DNA from: Podarcis bocagei
Lineage: Eukaryota
Assembly: GCA_964188305.1 (NCBI GenBank)
Contig: OZ076885.1
DNA length: 64,000 bases
Direction: 5' to 3' (one strand)
The notes under the pieces are model-generated. The model was not told the DNA's origin, did no database searches, and worked only from the letters and a program-made list of their open reading frames with translations. Within the stretch, counting starts at the first letter, position 1. Every line of letters begins with the position of its first letter. Shown in pieces: positions 52,301 to 64,000 of the stretch. The position numbers were made by a program, and so were the translations under genes.

Positions 52301-55300
52301 TGGCAGTCGGGTAACAGGCGCCCTACCCCCAAGTTAGGCCTATTACCTGCCTTACAGCAAGGTTTCCTGAAGAGTGGGCGACTCAAATCCTTGCACAGTC
52401 AAGAAGTTCATGGGCTGACCCTGGGCCAATCACTCCCTCTCAACCTCAAGTACCTTACAGGACTGTTGGAAGAACAGAAGGAGCTGAGAAGATCAGCAGC
52501 CCCTTTCACATGTGCATCACACGTGAAGGGGACTCATACAGAACAGGGCTACTTCTCTGCCTTTGGAGTCCATCTGCCCAAGCTGAACATCTGCAAGCAA
52601 AAGCTTACATTGCTCTTTTCCCGAGTCCTAGAACCCTAAAGAGCCTTTTAATGAGGGTGAAAGAGGAGAGCACAAAATATGGTCTGAAGCTCAACATCAA
52701 AAAAACGAAGATCATGGCCACTGGGCCCATCACCTCCTGGCGAACAGAAGGGGAAGAAATGGAGGCAGTGAGAGATTTTACTTTCTTGGGCTCCATGATC
52801 ACGGCAGATGGTGACAGAAGTCACGAAATTAAAAGACGCCTGCTCCTTGGGAGAAAGGCGATGGCAAACCTAGACAGCATCTTAAAAAGCAGAGACATCA
52901 CCTTGCCAACAAAGGTCCGTATAGTTAAAGCCATGGTTTTCCCAGTAGTGATGTATGGAAGTGAGAGCTGGACCATAAAGAAGGCTGATCGCCGAAGAAT
53001 TGATGCTTTTGAACTAAGGTGCTGGAGGAGACTCTTGAGAGTCCCATGGACTGCAAGAAGATCAAACCTATCCATTCTTAAGGAAATCAGCCCTGAGTGC
53101 TCACTGGAAGGACAGATCGTGAAGCTGAGACTCCAATACTTTGGCCACCTCATGAGAAGAGAAGACTCCCTGGAAAAGACCCTGATGTTGGGAAAGATGG
53201 AGGGCACAAGGAGAAGGGGACGACAGAGGATGAGATGGTTGGACAGTGTTCTCGAAGCTACAAACATGAGTCTGACCAAACTGCGGGAGGCACAGGAGTG
53301 CCTGGCGTGCTCTGGTCCATGGGGTCACGAAGAGTCGGACATGACTAAACGACTAAACAACAGAACCCTAAACATGCTCTCAGAAGGGCTGCTTATACAA
53401 TTCCCCTGAGGTCTTAAGGGCACAATCCAGATGTCCATATAAAATTATATTGCGTTATTCAGAATGACAATGTTGGCCATGCAGTATAGGGTTTCCAGGG
53501 AAGCCTGCAACACAAAATCCAGAAGAGCCTCACCTTATTTAGTACGTGACAGCCACCGTAGCCAGCAGAGAAAGCAATAGCCCCATTAGATGTGATCCAG
53601 TGGCGGCAGATTGAGCAATTCGAAACTTCAAAGGCTATCCCAAACTCATCTGTTGATGAGAGGTTAATTCATTAGCCACCAAGAGATGCAACAGCTCAAG
53701 AAAACTTATTTGCATTGGTTAAGACTTCTAAAGTTCTTCAGATGTGTGTCCCTTATTATCAGTTAGTGCCTGAAACACACACAAAGAATGTGAACTTTTC
53801 ACTTGCTTTGATATCCAATAATAAGGCCAATTCAAGAGCTACGCCTCCAACAACAGGTGCTAGACCAGGCACCCCCAAACTCAGCCCTCCAGATGTTTTG
53901 GGACTACAACTCCCACCATCCCTAGCTAACAGGACCAGTGGTCAGGGATGATGGGAATTGTAGTCCCAAAACATCTGGAGGGCAGGTTTTGGGGTGCTTG
54001 TGCTAGACCAACATGTTCATTACTGCTGCAATTCTTTCAGTGAGTATTCCCCATAGGACCAAGGAAAAACATTTTACAATAGTTAATATGCCTGTTAACT
54101 TGAGAGGGGACTCTGCTGGAATTCATATGTGCCAACAATTGCAGGCTTAATCAGATGCCAGACTAAGGCCACATTCACACCATACATTTAAAGCAGAATC
54201 ATACTGCTTCCCATCCTCCAAAGAATACTAGGAACTGTAATTAAGCGTGCTGAGAGTTGCTTGGAGACCCTTCCAGAGCTACAGTTCACAGAGTAGTTGA
54301 TCAATCCTTCTTCACAGAGAACTCTGGAAATTTTAACTCTGATGGGACTAGGGGGTACCTTAACTCTACATGCCCTTAAACTACAGCTCCCAGGATTCTT
54401 TGGGGGAAGAAGCCATGGCTGTTTAAAGTGGCATACTGCTGCTTTAAATGGGAAGTGCAGATAGAGCCTAAATTATCCTGTTAAGTCTCCTAATTTTTTT
54501 AACAAGTAGAACAATTGTCTTAAAACAAGCTTTTTAATAAAGCCTAGTTTGGGGAGAATGTTTGCCGTTCTTTGAGTTTCTATTCTCACCACCACGCCCT
54601 CCAAGCCTTAGCTCTAGCCACACGTACAGGAACTGCAACTCTCCCCGTGGCCTCTCCAGTTTCACAGCTTTGAGCATTTTCTTCAACTAAACTAAACCTT
54701 CTCATTCTAGATATGGATATCCAAAACCATGCAAGAGAAAAGCTGCCATTGCCACAAAGCTGTCGCAGCCTAACACAAAGGAGGTGCCTGGCAAGGAGCA
54801 TCACTCCCATTACAAGGAGTGTGGGGGATTCTGAAGTGCTCCACTGAAGCAACACAGCTTTAAATACAGCTGAGCAAGGCAGCTGCTGCAGCATTTTAAA
54901 AAAAATAGTACTGTGGGATTTAATGGGAGCTAAAAGCCTGCAGCTTCTATAGCTTGCCAGAAATCTTTTTTCTTGGTCATTTAGACGACCAGAATAAGAG
55001 GGCAACTACATACCTCTGCTTCCCTGTGACCTCTTCCTTTGAGAGGTTACTGAATCCCCTCTCCCTGGTCAGTACTAACAAAGAACATACAGAGACCTGC
55101 AGTTTGGCATCCACCTTCCAAAGAACCATTCTGCCATAGGTAAGCATAAAGCAGGGGTCCTACCACTCCAACCTTTTAAGACCCAGAGACACATTTGAGA
55201 AGCCAAGGAACTGTTGTGGGCACCACAAAAAAATGCCCATTTCAGAGGAAAGACTGGCAACGCTGGAGAAACTCTCCCCAAAGTGGAAGACACCTACACA

Positions 55301-55766
55301 CACCTCAAAACAAATCAAACAAAAATGCAGGCAGCCATTCCACCAAATAACCTTTCCAAACCCTCACAATGAAGACATAATAAAAATAAATTGAGAGTGG
55401 CGGGAGACTTGGCAGACACCAAGGGAGGCACAGTGGGACCCCACTGAGGAGCCCAGATAACGTTTCAAGAAGTTCCCCTATATTTCATGCCCCAACAAAC
55501 ACACACACCTGACCCACCCCCCTTCTTTCTAACAGACCAGACTTATTCTTTCTTCAAGAGGAAAGAGAGCCTTCCTTACCCACAACTTTAAAGCGGACAT
55601 CTCGGCCTGGGCTAGGAAACACAAGCAGCTGCATGCTGTACTCCCCACAGTTGTAATGATATGGGGAGGGTAAGGAGCCCACCCTCCAAACGTCACCTTG
55701 CCCTTGGCACAGCCCCAGAATCAACAAGATTGCTAACCCCCCCAAATCTCTGAAGCCCCAGTCCAT
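40320..55766 (-). CDS. ZP1: Zona pellucida sperm-binding protein 1, ~1673 aa, 12 exons (signal, ZP-N1, giant P/Q repeat, trefoil, ZP module, furin site, TM)
   Basis: Exons 55766-55580, 53649-53534, 51616-48124, 47560-47417, 44869-44685, 44596-44499, 43851-43724, 43633-43444, 43349-43199, 42578-42494, 41754-41632, 40441-40320. All GT-AG and phase-compatible; total 5022 nt. Motifs: [27 protein letters not shown], trefoil with GCCY...[32 protein letters not shown], furin site [39 protein letters not shown] at 40297-40292. Confidence 0.95.
40725..40925 (-). mobile_element. tRNA-derived SINE (Squam3-like), degraded
   Basis: Reverse complement shows a tRNA-like head with a GGTTCAAACCC B box. The family name is from recollection only. 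Confidence 0.45.
46537..46760. mobile_element. Tigger-like MITE
   Basis: Ends TA|CAGTGGTACCTC and GAGGTATGACTG|TA. Confidence 0.75.
48170..51480 (-). repeat. Coding minisatellite in ZP1 exon 3: (QP)1-3-G-(Q/L)-V-(R/H)-P-L-P units of 27/33/39 bp
   Basis: Visible in the DNA and in ORF 48116-51715; the frame is open across ~3.3 kb. Confidence 0.97.
52641..53361 (+). mobile_element. 5'-truncated BovB (RTE clade) LINE in ZP1 intron 2
   Basis: Encodes the BovB RT C-terminus ([46 protein letters not shown]). CAAC-type tail. 11-bp TSD AGAACCCTAAA (52630-52640 and 53362-53372). Short BovB tails also at ~642-680 and ~4708-4795 (-). Confidence 0.92.
53866..54000. mobile_element. Palindromic hAT MITE
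   Basis: 8-bp TSD TGCTAGAC (53858-53865 and 54001-54008); long internal inverted repeat. Confidence 0.85.
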
Positions 55767-55847
55767 GGCTGCAGCAACCAAAGAAAAACAGAAGCAGAGC
55801 CTTGGCAGCCCCTCCCCATAGGAGGAAAGCTGGTGAGGACGCTGGCA

Positions 55848-55960
55848 TTATATAGGGTCAGTGGAGGTGGGCTGGCTGAAGCAAGAACTCATCAGGGAGC
55901 AGAGCCTGCACCTGGGGAGCTACCCGCAGGGAATTAATAGGGGACCGGGTCAAAAGTGCA
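55848..55960 (-). promoter_or_regulatory. ZP1 proximal promoter (TATA box, E-box, nuclear-receptor half sites)
   Basis: TATATAA at 55854-55848, about 80 bp upstream of the ATG. CAGGTG E-box at 55914-55909. GGGTCA half sites at 55855-55860 and 55947-55952. Confidence 0.6.
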
Positions 55961-57261
55961 AAACCCGGCCAAAAGAGAAAACGCCTCTGCTCTCCCAACA
56001 GTAATCTCTCTTCCACTTGCTCTGAATGGACACGAGGCAGCAGAAATCGAGAAAGACTTGTTCTTCCCCCCCTTTTTTTGTCACATTTGTACCCCCCTCT
56101 TCATCCAAAAAAGCTCCCAGACCAGCCTTCAGACAGTCAAAACAAGACAGTCCCTATACACCAGCTTGCAAGCCCCACCCCCTCCAAAAAAACTCCCCAA
56201 AAGAAAACACGACATGCAAAGAGAAGGAGACGAGGATGGTTCAAGTCCTGTGAACACTTATGTACTTGGGACTCAATCGATCTCACTGAATATAATGGGT
56301 CCTATATCAAGAGTTCCCAGGTGATAGCTGCCCTTTCCTAATTTTCCATCCACCTGATTGCCCTTCTGTTTTTATCTTTTGCCCCTTGTTCTTCCTTCAC
56401 CTCTTTCCTTCTGCTTCACTCTTCTTTTTGAGATTTCATCCTTGCCCTTCCTGGCAGGACTCTTGTGTCTTTAAGGGATGTGGGAATGGGGAAGCAGGAG
56501 CTTTACCTATACCCCTCCCCCCAAACCCCCCCCCACACACATTGGTTAAAGCTTCTTCTGTTGCACCCCTTACTGTTACACAGCAGATAAAGACAATGGA
56601 ACCCTGATGGGAAAATAGGTTTGCCAAACCAATTTTATTCTGAGATTCCCCACCATTTTACACTTTTCCACAGAATGTGGCTTATAATAGGTTTTCGAGT
56701 GAAGCTTGGTTCTTTCCCTTGAACCCGCACTGCTTAAATCCAAAAGCAAGTACTGTCAGAAAACACAGCAGACTCCGCTCATTTGATGATTGTTTGGGAT
56801 GTCCTCCTTTCATTCATTCATGTTGTAGTGTGAGGTTCTATTAACCGAATAGTCCTTGTTTTGCCTTTGAGGACATTCCTGGAGCCAGTGATGTGCCTCT
56901 GCTATGGAAGTGGCAGGACCGAAGGCAGGGATGTTGTCTGGTTCTTAAAACACTTAGGGCAGTGAAATATACTCAGAGTCGCAAAGTGATTTCGTGCTCT
57001 TTATTCAGCTCATAGTGGTGAGGAGGAATGAATGAAAGCCCCCTCAAAGTATCTGCTTATATACATTATTTACACAATGGGCTGCACATGATTGGTTAAT
57101 TCTGGAATTCTACTGTAAGCCAATCAGGTTGTGGATTCACTTATATCTGGAGCATGATTGGGTGGTTCCTGCCAACCAATCATACTGCTGCATTGTTCTA
57201 GGACCAATCAGACTGCTGCAGTTTGGATCCTAGTCAACTCAGAACATAACACCCCTCCCCT

Positions 57262-58870
57262 CTAAGTTCCAGTCCTGCCCGGGAGGTCGCATTCATAGTC
57301 CTCGAGGTACGCCGGCGGCCTACGTGTGCGTTGCGGCCTGTGGTGTTCCCTGGTCCGGGGTTCAGGTTCTGGCTCGTGTTCCAAGGATGCTGGCTGTGAT
57401 GGGCCTGTTTGGTTTGGCGCAACCGGCTCGCTCAGTCGTGGTTCTGGTTCCGGTGTCCTTTCGGCCTCGCGGGTCCTCTCTGTATTTACTGGTTCTGCCT
57501 CTCCTGCTGGCCCCTCCTGTTCTATGGGCCTCACCGCCCCTCTGTTCCCTTGGGACTCCTCTAACCTTTCCTCCTCCTGGTTTTCTCCTGGGAATCGTCG
57601 CCATATCTGGTCGCAGTGGCGGCGCCAGCATTGCCCCCCATCCGTTAGCACCTCGTACGACACAGGGCCAGTGACCCTGGTGACTGTGGCGGGTACCCAT
57701 GCTGGGCCTGCCCCAAAATTCTTTGCGTACACTGGGTCCTGGGCCTCGAAGGTCCGGGGGTTCCTGCCTTCCCCCACCACTACCTCATCCTGAGCTCTAT
57801 CGGGGTGAAGGCGGTCCAATCTGATTGCAAGGCGCCGACCCATTAGTAGTTCAGCGGGGCTCTGGCCAGTCGTTGAGCTGGGGGTGCTGTGCTGTGCTAA
57901 GAGGAATGTGGCAAGGCGGTACTCCCAATCCCCTTGCATCATGCGGCGAAGGGTGTCCTTGGTGGTCCGCACCATGCGTTCTGCTTGGCCATTGGTGGCA
58001 GGGTGGAATGGCGCCGAACGGATGTGGCGGATGGCGTTCTGCGCTGTGAAGGTTTGGAATTCTCCTGACGTAAATGCAGTCCCATTGTCTGAGACGAGAG
58101 TGTCAGGGAGCCCGTGGGTTGCAAACAGCCTGCGTAGTACCCGGATGGCTGCGGATGTAGAAGTGGACGGTACCAGTGCGACTTCCAGCCATTTGGTGTA
58201 GGAGTCCACCACTATGAAGAATGTTTTCCCCTGAAAGGGGCCAGCGAAGTCCACATGCAGGCATGACCATGGTGCTCGGGCGGACTCCCAGGACTGGACT
58301 GGGGCCCTTGGGGGATCTGGGCGGGATTCTTGGCAGGCCTGGCAGTGTTTGACCCAGGCCTCTATCTCTCCGTCGATCCCTGGCCACCACACATAACTTC
58401 TGGCAAGGGCCTTCATTCTTACTACCCCTGGGTGTGTCTCGTGTAGGGCTGTGAGGACCCTTTTGCGGAGGGGCTGGGGAACAACGACCCTGCTTCCCCA
58501 TAACAGGCACCCCTTGTGGGCCGACAGTTCATGTTTGTGGGTTGTGTAGCCAGTGAATTCTGGCCCAGGGCTGCTGCTGGGCCATCCCCTCCACACCCAG
58601 TCCAGGACCCGGGAGATGACCCTATCTTTCTTGGAATGGTATGCAACTTCTTGTGCCTGAATGGGGCGGTCGGGAAGCAGCTCCAGGCTCATAACCTCTT
58701 GTGCAGGTGCTGGGTCGGGGCCTGTTTCCGGTAGTGGTAGCCTGCTGAGGGCGTCCGCATGGCCCATTGCCTTCCCCGGGCGGTGAATCAGTGCATACTG
58801 GTAGCTGGCAAGGAAAATTGACCACCTGAGGACGCGAGGAGACAGCACTTGGGGGGTCTGCTTTTCGGGG
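57262..58870 (-). pseudogene. Gypsy integrase segment
   Basis: HHCC zinc finger (LHETHPG...CQAC), DDE core (HVDFAGP, SDNGTAF, NGQAER) and a GPY/F-like GPVSY module. Confidence 0.9.
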
Positions 58871-60045
58871 GGCAAATAAGCCAAGCAACGGCTTGTGGTC
58901 AGTCACCACGGTGAAGGGCCGCCCGTACAAGAAATCATGGAATTTTTTTACTCCCTTCACGATTGCCAGACCCTCCTTGTCTATTTGCGAGTAGTTCCGC
59001 TCGGTTGCGTTGAGTGTCTGGGAAAAGTATGCCACCGGTACCTCTCTTCCATCCGGGAGTTGGTGTCCCAGGACAGCGCCAATGCCATAGGGCGAGGCGT
59101 CGCATGCTAGCACCACTGGCAGCCTCTCGTCGAAGTGTGCCAAGACCGAGTTTGAGACAAGCAAGTCCTTGACTGCCTGGAATGCAGCCTCCTGGCGCTG
59201 GCCCCACACCCAAGTGGCCCGCTTGTCCAGGAGTCTGTGTAGGGGCTCTGCTACCGCTGCCTTGTGGGGAAGGAAGGAATGGTAAAAGTTCAATAGTCCC
59301 AAGAAGGCCTGAAGTTCAGTCTTGCTCTTGGGCGCTGGGGCATCACAAATGGCCCGTACCTTGTCCCCAGTCGGGTGGACCCCTTCTGCGTCCACCATAA
59401 ATCCCAGAAAGTCCACCTGAGGCACTCCTAGTAGACATTTTTCCCGCTTCACCTTGAGACCCGCCGTCTGGAAACGGTGCAGAACGGTGCGGAGGCGGTC
59501 CTCAAACTCCTCTGGTGTGGGCCCGGCAATCAGCACATCATCGAAGAAGGGGGTGACGCCAGGAATCCCTTTAAGGAGCGAGTCCATTAGATTCTGGAAT
59601 GTGCCTGGTGCCACACTGACACCGAATTGCAGCCGCTTTACCCTGAATGCTCCTCTGTGCGTCACAATCGTCTGTGCCTCTGCTGTGGCCTCATCTACTG
59701 GCAGCTGTTGATATGCTTGGGCCAAGTCCAGCTTGCCAAAAATTTTCGACCCAGCCAGGGTGGCAAGGACATGGCTGACCACTGGCACTGGGTATGCATG
59801 GGCCGTGAGGGCCTTGTTTATGGTACATTTGTAGTCTGCGCAGATGCGGACCGAACCATTAGGCTTGACGGGTGAGACGATTGGGGTTTCCCAGGGGGCA
59901 TTAGGCACTGGCTCCAGCACTCCTTGCTCCACGAGCCGGTCCAATTCCTCGTCTATACGGGGTTTCAGGGCGAACGGGACCCGGCGGGCCTTAAGCCTGA
60001 CCGGTCGTACTGCGGGGTCAAGCTGTAGAGCAATGGGGGGGCCGT
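58870..60045 (-). pseudogene. Gypsy reverse transcriptase / RNase H segment bounded by frameshifts
   Basis: RICADYK, LDLAQAYQQ, LQFGV, FFDD, CDASPYGIGAVL, RNYSQIDKEGLA and TDHKPL motifs. Confidence 0.9.
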
Positions 60046-60228
60046 ATACTGTCCCAATTTCCCATCAAAAACCCCTGGAAATTCCTTGCAGATGGCGTCC
60101 ACGTCCACTTGTAAGGTAGTGTGGTTCACCCCGGTGATGGCTAGCCCCAGTGGTCCAAACCATGCCAATCCCAGTAAGCTAATGTAGGGGCCCTTGACCA
60201 CGAGCAAGTCCAGTTGCCGCGTCCGCCC

Positions 60229-61338
60229 TCAGTATTGCACCCTGAAGGTCCCCACCCCCATTGTGGGGACCTTACGTTTCTGGAAGTCCCGGAGGGTGAA
60301 TGGGGCCGGCCTGAGTTTGGGACCCCCAGTAGGACACAGTTTCCTTAAGGTCCTTGCCGAGATTATGGATAGAGTTGAACCCGTGTGAAGCTCCATGCGG
60401 CATGGGGCCCCCTCTATCTGTACCTCTACATAAATTTTCTCTACATTGGGGTGGGGCAACTGGTATACCTGGAAGTCCGTGAGCTCCGTAGAGTTGCCTT
60501 GGTGCGTTGGGCCCCGGGACCTGGGGCTCTTGGATTGGTCATCTGATGCCTGGCATTGGGTGGGCCGAGCTCGACACACCCGGGTGATGTGTCCCAATTT
60601 TCTGCACTGCCTGCACTCTGCGTTGCGGAAACGGCAGGTCCTCCTCTCGTGACTTTCCCCGCAGCTTGCACAGTTCCCTCCTTCTCGTCGAGGCAGCTGT
60701 GGTATGTGGGCTGCTTGAGTGCGCTGCTGTACTCGGTGCACCTCCTCCCTGTCAGATCCTGAGTCGTCGGTGAGGTCTTCATGGTGGACCCTCGGTTGGG
60801 GTGGCAGGCTCGGCCGTGCCTCTTGCGTCGACCTCTCGGCAGCTTCCGTTGCCAGGGCCTCCTCCAGAGCGACCTGGAACGTTAGGTCCTTCTTGGCGTA
60901 GAGGCGTCGTTGCAGCTTCTCATCCTTCAGGCCACCGACGAGGCGGTCACGAAGCATGTTCTCCAGCTCTGAGAAGTTGCAGAACCGGGCAGCTTGGCGG
61001 AGAGAGGTCACAAACCCAGTTATGGTTTCCCCAGGGGCTTGCCGCTTTGTGTAGAAGGCATTTCGACGAGCCACAACTGAGGGCTGTGGCGAAAAGTGCC
61101 CCTTCAGCTGTTCCATTATTGTTTTGTATGGAACAGTAGCGACGTCTTCAGGTGCAAGGAGAGCCCGGGCGATTTCAAATGTCTCCTCTCCGCAGATGCT
61201 GAAGAATATTGCCCTCTTCTTGGCGTCTTCTTCATCGGTGACCCCTTTGGCTTCTAGAAGGAAGGTGAAACGGGAGGCGTACGCTTCCCAGTCTCCAGAT
61301 GCTGGGTTGAACGGCGAGAAGCTGCTGTTGGTTGCCAT
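60229..61338 (-). pseudogene. Gypsy gag plus protease (premature stop; catalytic D replaced by H)
   Basis: Zinc knuckles CASCGESHERRTC and CRQCRKLGHITRVC. Protease motif reads ELHTGS rather than D(T/S)G. In-frame TGA at 60231-60229, with the frame continuing into ORF 59965-60207. Confidence 0.88.
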
Positions 61339-62011
61339 TCTGAGTTCCTTGTGTCCCGGAGCTGAAGCCTGGATACACGGTGCGAGGCAGCGGTGCGTCA
61401 GGTGGCGGTGCTGCGTGTGGCAGTCAGCTCAGCGGGATCCCATCCTCGTCGCCAGTGAAATATACTCAGAGTCGCAAAGTGATTTCGTGCTCTTTATTCA
61501 GCTCATAGTGGTGAGGAGGAATGAATGAAAGTCCCCTCAAAGTATCTGCTTATATACATTATTTACACAATGGGCTGCACATGATTGGTTAATTCTGGAA
61601 TTCTACTGTAAGCCGATCAGGTTGTGGATTCACTTATATCTGGAGCATGATTGGGTGGTTCTTGGACCAATCAGACTGCTGCATTCTGAATCCTATTGTT
61701 CTAGGACCAATCAGACTGCTGCAATTTGGATCCTATTGTTCTAGGACCAATCAGACTGCTGCAGTTTGGATCCTAGTCAACTCAGTACATAACACCCAGA
61801 GTCTCACAACACAAATCTGAACAATATTTGCATATACTAATTTATATGTACAGAGGCAGATTTAGACTGGTTTTCAGAGCCTCTCTATAACCAACATAAT
61901 TTTTTCAAGTTTTAATAAAAATGTATGTGTTTGTGTGAGAAATGTGAAGCCCCCTGAACCGCTCCCTAACAATACCCTGGCATTAATTAAACTCTTTTAA
62001 TTATTCACATT

Positions 62012-62135
62012 TTCATAGAATTGTAGAGTTGGAAGGGACCCTGAGGGTCATCTAGCCCAACCCCCTGCAGTGCAGGAATCTCGGCTAAAGCATCCATGAC
62101 AGATGGCCAGCCAACTTCTGCTTTAAAACCTCTCT
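62012..62135 (-). mobile_element. CR1 LINE 3' end fragment
   Basis: Reverse complement ends GGGTCCCTTCCAACTCTACAATTCTATG, a typical CR1 3' terminus. Confidence 0.7.
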
Positions 62136-62873
62136 ACCAGTCTTGTCCTTTAAAGGCAATGCCAGTGCATACTGAGACAGAATACTGATCACCATTAAAA
62201 TGTGTTTGTGTTTATCATCATCATCAATCAATAAAACATTGTGCTTGGAAAAAGGTTGCATATCTGCTTACAACGCCAAGATCAAACATACTGGGGTCAG
62301 GCTGTGAGACTTTGAGGTGAGTAGTAACAGTTAGAAATTCTCTTGGAAGAAGGTGCTGCAGAAATAAAATCCTTTCTAATATGTACCATCTTATTAGGAG
62401 CATGTTTTCAGTTCATCTTTTTTCTCCCTTTTCATTTCAGTAACAAGAGTAGCAGCGGACATTCTATGACGGTATGCAATCGCTCGTCACACAATTTCAC
62501 ATTAAAAAGAGCAACCTCTCCATATTTCTGCAAAGCTATCAAAGGATCTGGGTTGGAAATATACTGTTCTGGTCCTCCAGGGTTATGCTAGTTTTGCACA
62601 AAGACACTTCCCAAAGTCAATTAAAGGGTCAACACATGAAAGTGTGTGCTTAACAGGGAATTCAGGGCAGTTTGGTGGCACATTTATGGAAGCTCGCGTT
62701 GTCCAGAGTCAAGGGTACTTCCCAACTGTGGCTTTTAGGGCTCCCTCACCCATTATTACTCTTCCTCTGTAAGCGACATGAGAATATACAATTGACACTT
62801 TGTGGGGGAGATTATAGTGCTTTCTGTGTGCATGTACATCAGGCTGTGCTCTAGCTGTGATATAGGATGCAAT

Positions 62874-63009
62874 CAGGGCTTTTTTTCAGCTGGAACTCAC
62901 CAGAACTCAGTTCCAGCACCTCTCAGACATGCCCCACTGCCATTCTAAGAGAACAAGGGAGGTGTGCATGTTAAGTTCCAGCACCTCTTTTTCTAGAAAG
63001 ATAGCACTG
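62874..63009. mobile_element. hAT MITE
   Basis: 8-bp TSD GATGCAAT (62866-62873 and 63010-63017); ends CAGGGCT...AGCACTG. Confidence 0.8.
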
Positions 63010-63111
63010 GATGCAATCATTATTTTAGTGATTATTTCTTTGATAAAGACCACAGTTCCACAAAACAAAACTGTCATAATGATTGTCTTTTATTTGAAAA
63101 ACAAATTTGGA

Positions 63112-63463
63112 AGGGAGCAGGTGGCGCTGTACTCTAAACCACTGAGCCTCTTGGGTTCGCTGATAGGAAGGTTGGTGGTTTGAATTCCCGCAATGCGGTG
63201 CGCTCCCGTTGCTCTGCCCCAGCTCCTGCCAACCTAGCAGTTTGAAAGCACACCAGTGCAAGTAGATAAATAGATACCGCTGTGGCAGGAAGGTAAATGG
63301 CGTTTCCGTGCGCTCTGTTGCACCAGAAGTGGTTTAGTCATGCTGGCCACATGACGGGCAGTAAATGCCAGCTCCCTTGGCCTGAAAGTGAGATGAGCAC
63401 CACACCCCATAGTCACCTTTTAATGGACTTAACCATCCAGGGGTCCTTTACCTTTTAACCTTT
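63112..63463 (+). mobile_element. Sauria/Squam1-type SINE
   Basis: Homologous to 37514-37821, with an (ACCTTT)n-like tail. Confidence 0.82.
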
Positions 63464-63655
63464 TAGCTGAATGTTTCAAATACGTCAGCACCAAGTCCTT
63501 TTGTCCTTTTGATCATAAGAAAAGCTAGCAAACAGCATTGCTGCTGCAAAAATCAGCTCCCTGGGGGCATCTAGTGGACAAAAAAGGGAAATGCTAACCC
63601 TCAGTTAAATGCCTGATACTTCAGATATGACTGGGGATGAAAACTCTTTAAAGTA

Positions 63656-63892
63656 CAGTGGTGCCCCGCAAGACGAATGCCTCGCAAGACGAAAAACTCA
63701 CTAGACGAAAGGGTTTTTCAGTTTTGCATTGCTTCGCTAGACGAATTTCCCTATGGGCTTGCTTCGCAAGACGAAAACGTCTTGCGCTTTTTTTTTAAAG
63801 CCGCTTGAAGAGGCGCAGTTGCAATGGACCGTGCCTTCGCAAGACGAAAAGACTCGCGGAACGAATTATTTTTGTCTTGCGAGGCACAACTG
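63656..63892. mobile_element. Tc1/mariner-type MITE, same family as 32794-33140
   Basis: Shared termini and TA flanks. Confidence 0.82.
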
Positions 63893-64000
63893 TACAAATT
63901 AAAGCAGTAGTTGCTAGTCAACAACTATTAATAGTACAATCCTATGGGTGTAAGTCCCACTAAATTCAATGGGACTGAGGTTCTGGTAAACAGGATTACG

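Larger units (their letters stand above)
56963..61794 (-). mobile_element. Full-length Gypsy/Ty3 LTR retrotransposon, defective
   Basis: LTRs at 61794-61456 (5') and 57251-56963 (3') with TG...CA ends. PBS TGGCGACGAGGATGGGAT (61454-61437) is complementary to the tRNA-Ser(GCU) 3' end. PPT AGAGGGGAGGGG lies next to the 3' LTR. Domain order gag-PR-RT-RH-INT. Confidence 0.97.

Noticed and set aside
55855-55960. Estrogen response element in the ZP1 promoter
   Set aside because: Only isolated GGGTCA half sites; no GGTCAnnnTGACC palindrome is present.
37517-61963. Large inversion bounded by the 63/65-bp inverted duplicate
   Set aside because: PRPF19 exons 14-16 lie inside the interval in correct order and orientation relative to exons 1-13.

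Overview
Vertebrate (squamate, probably lacertid lizard) genomic DNA, inferred from Sauria/Squam1-type SINEs, BovB and Tx1/L1-type LINEs. The window holds the conserved syntenic block TMEM132A (first coding exon only, -) / TMEM109 (-) / PRPF19 (+, 16 exons, 504 aa) / ZP1 (-, 12 exons, about 1673 aa), followed by a full-length but defective Gypsy LTR retrotransposon. Exon boundaries were read by hand from GT-AG sites and reading-frame continuity. Two things stand out. (1) A 1574-bp non-autonomous hAT DNA transposon (TIRs, perfect 8-bp TSD GAATAAGG) has captured the 5' region and first ~160 codons of the homeobox gene SIX5, which does not belong to this syntenic block. It is a Pack-TIR/Pack-MULE-like element sitting 1.7 kb upstream of the TMEM132A start codon, in the same orientation. 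(2) ZP1 has a 3493-bp exon 3 encoding a ~1100-aa Pro/Gln-rich modular repeat and also keeps a C-terminal transmembrane exon. Smaller findings include a 63/65-bp inverted copy of local DNA at a SINE junction, a MITE carrying perfect 48-bp palindromes, asymmetric LTRs without a clean TSD, and LINE copies with swapped 3' UTRs.
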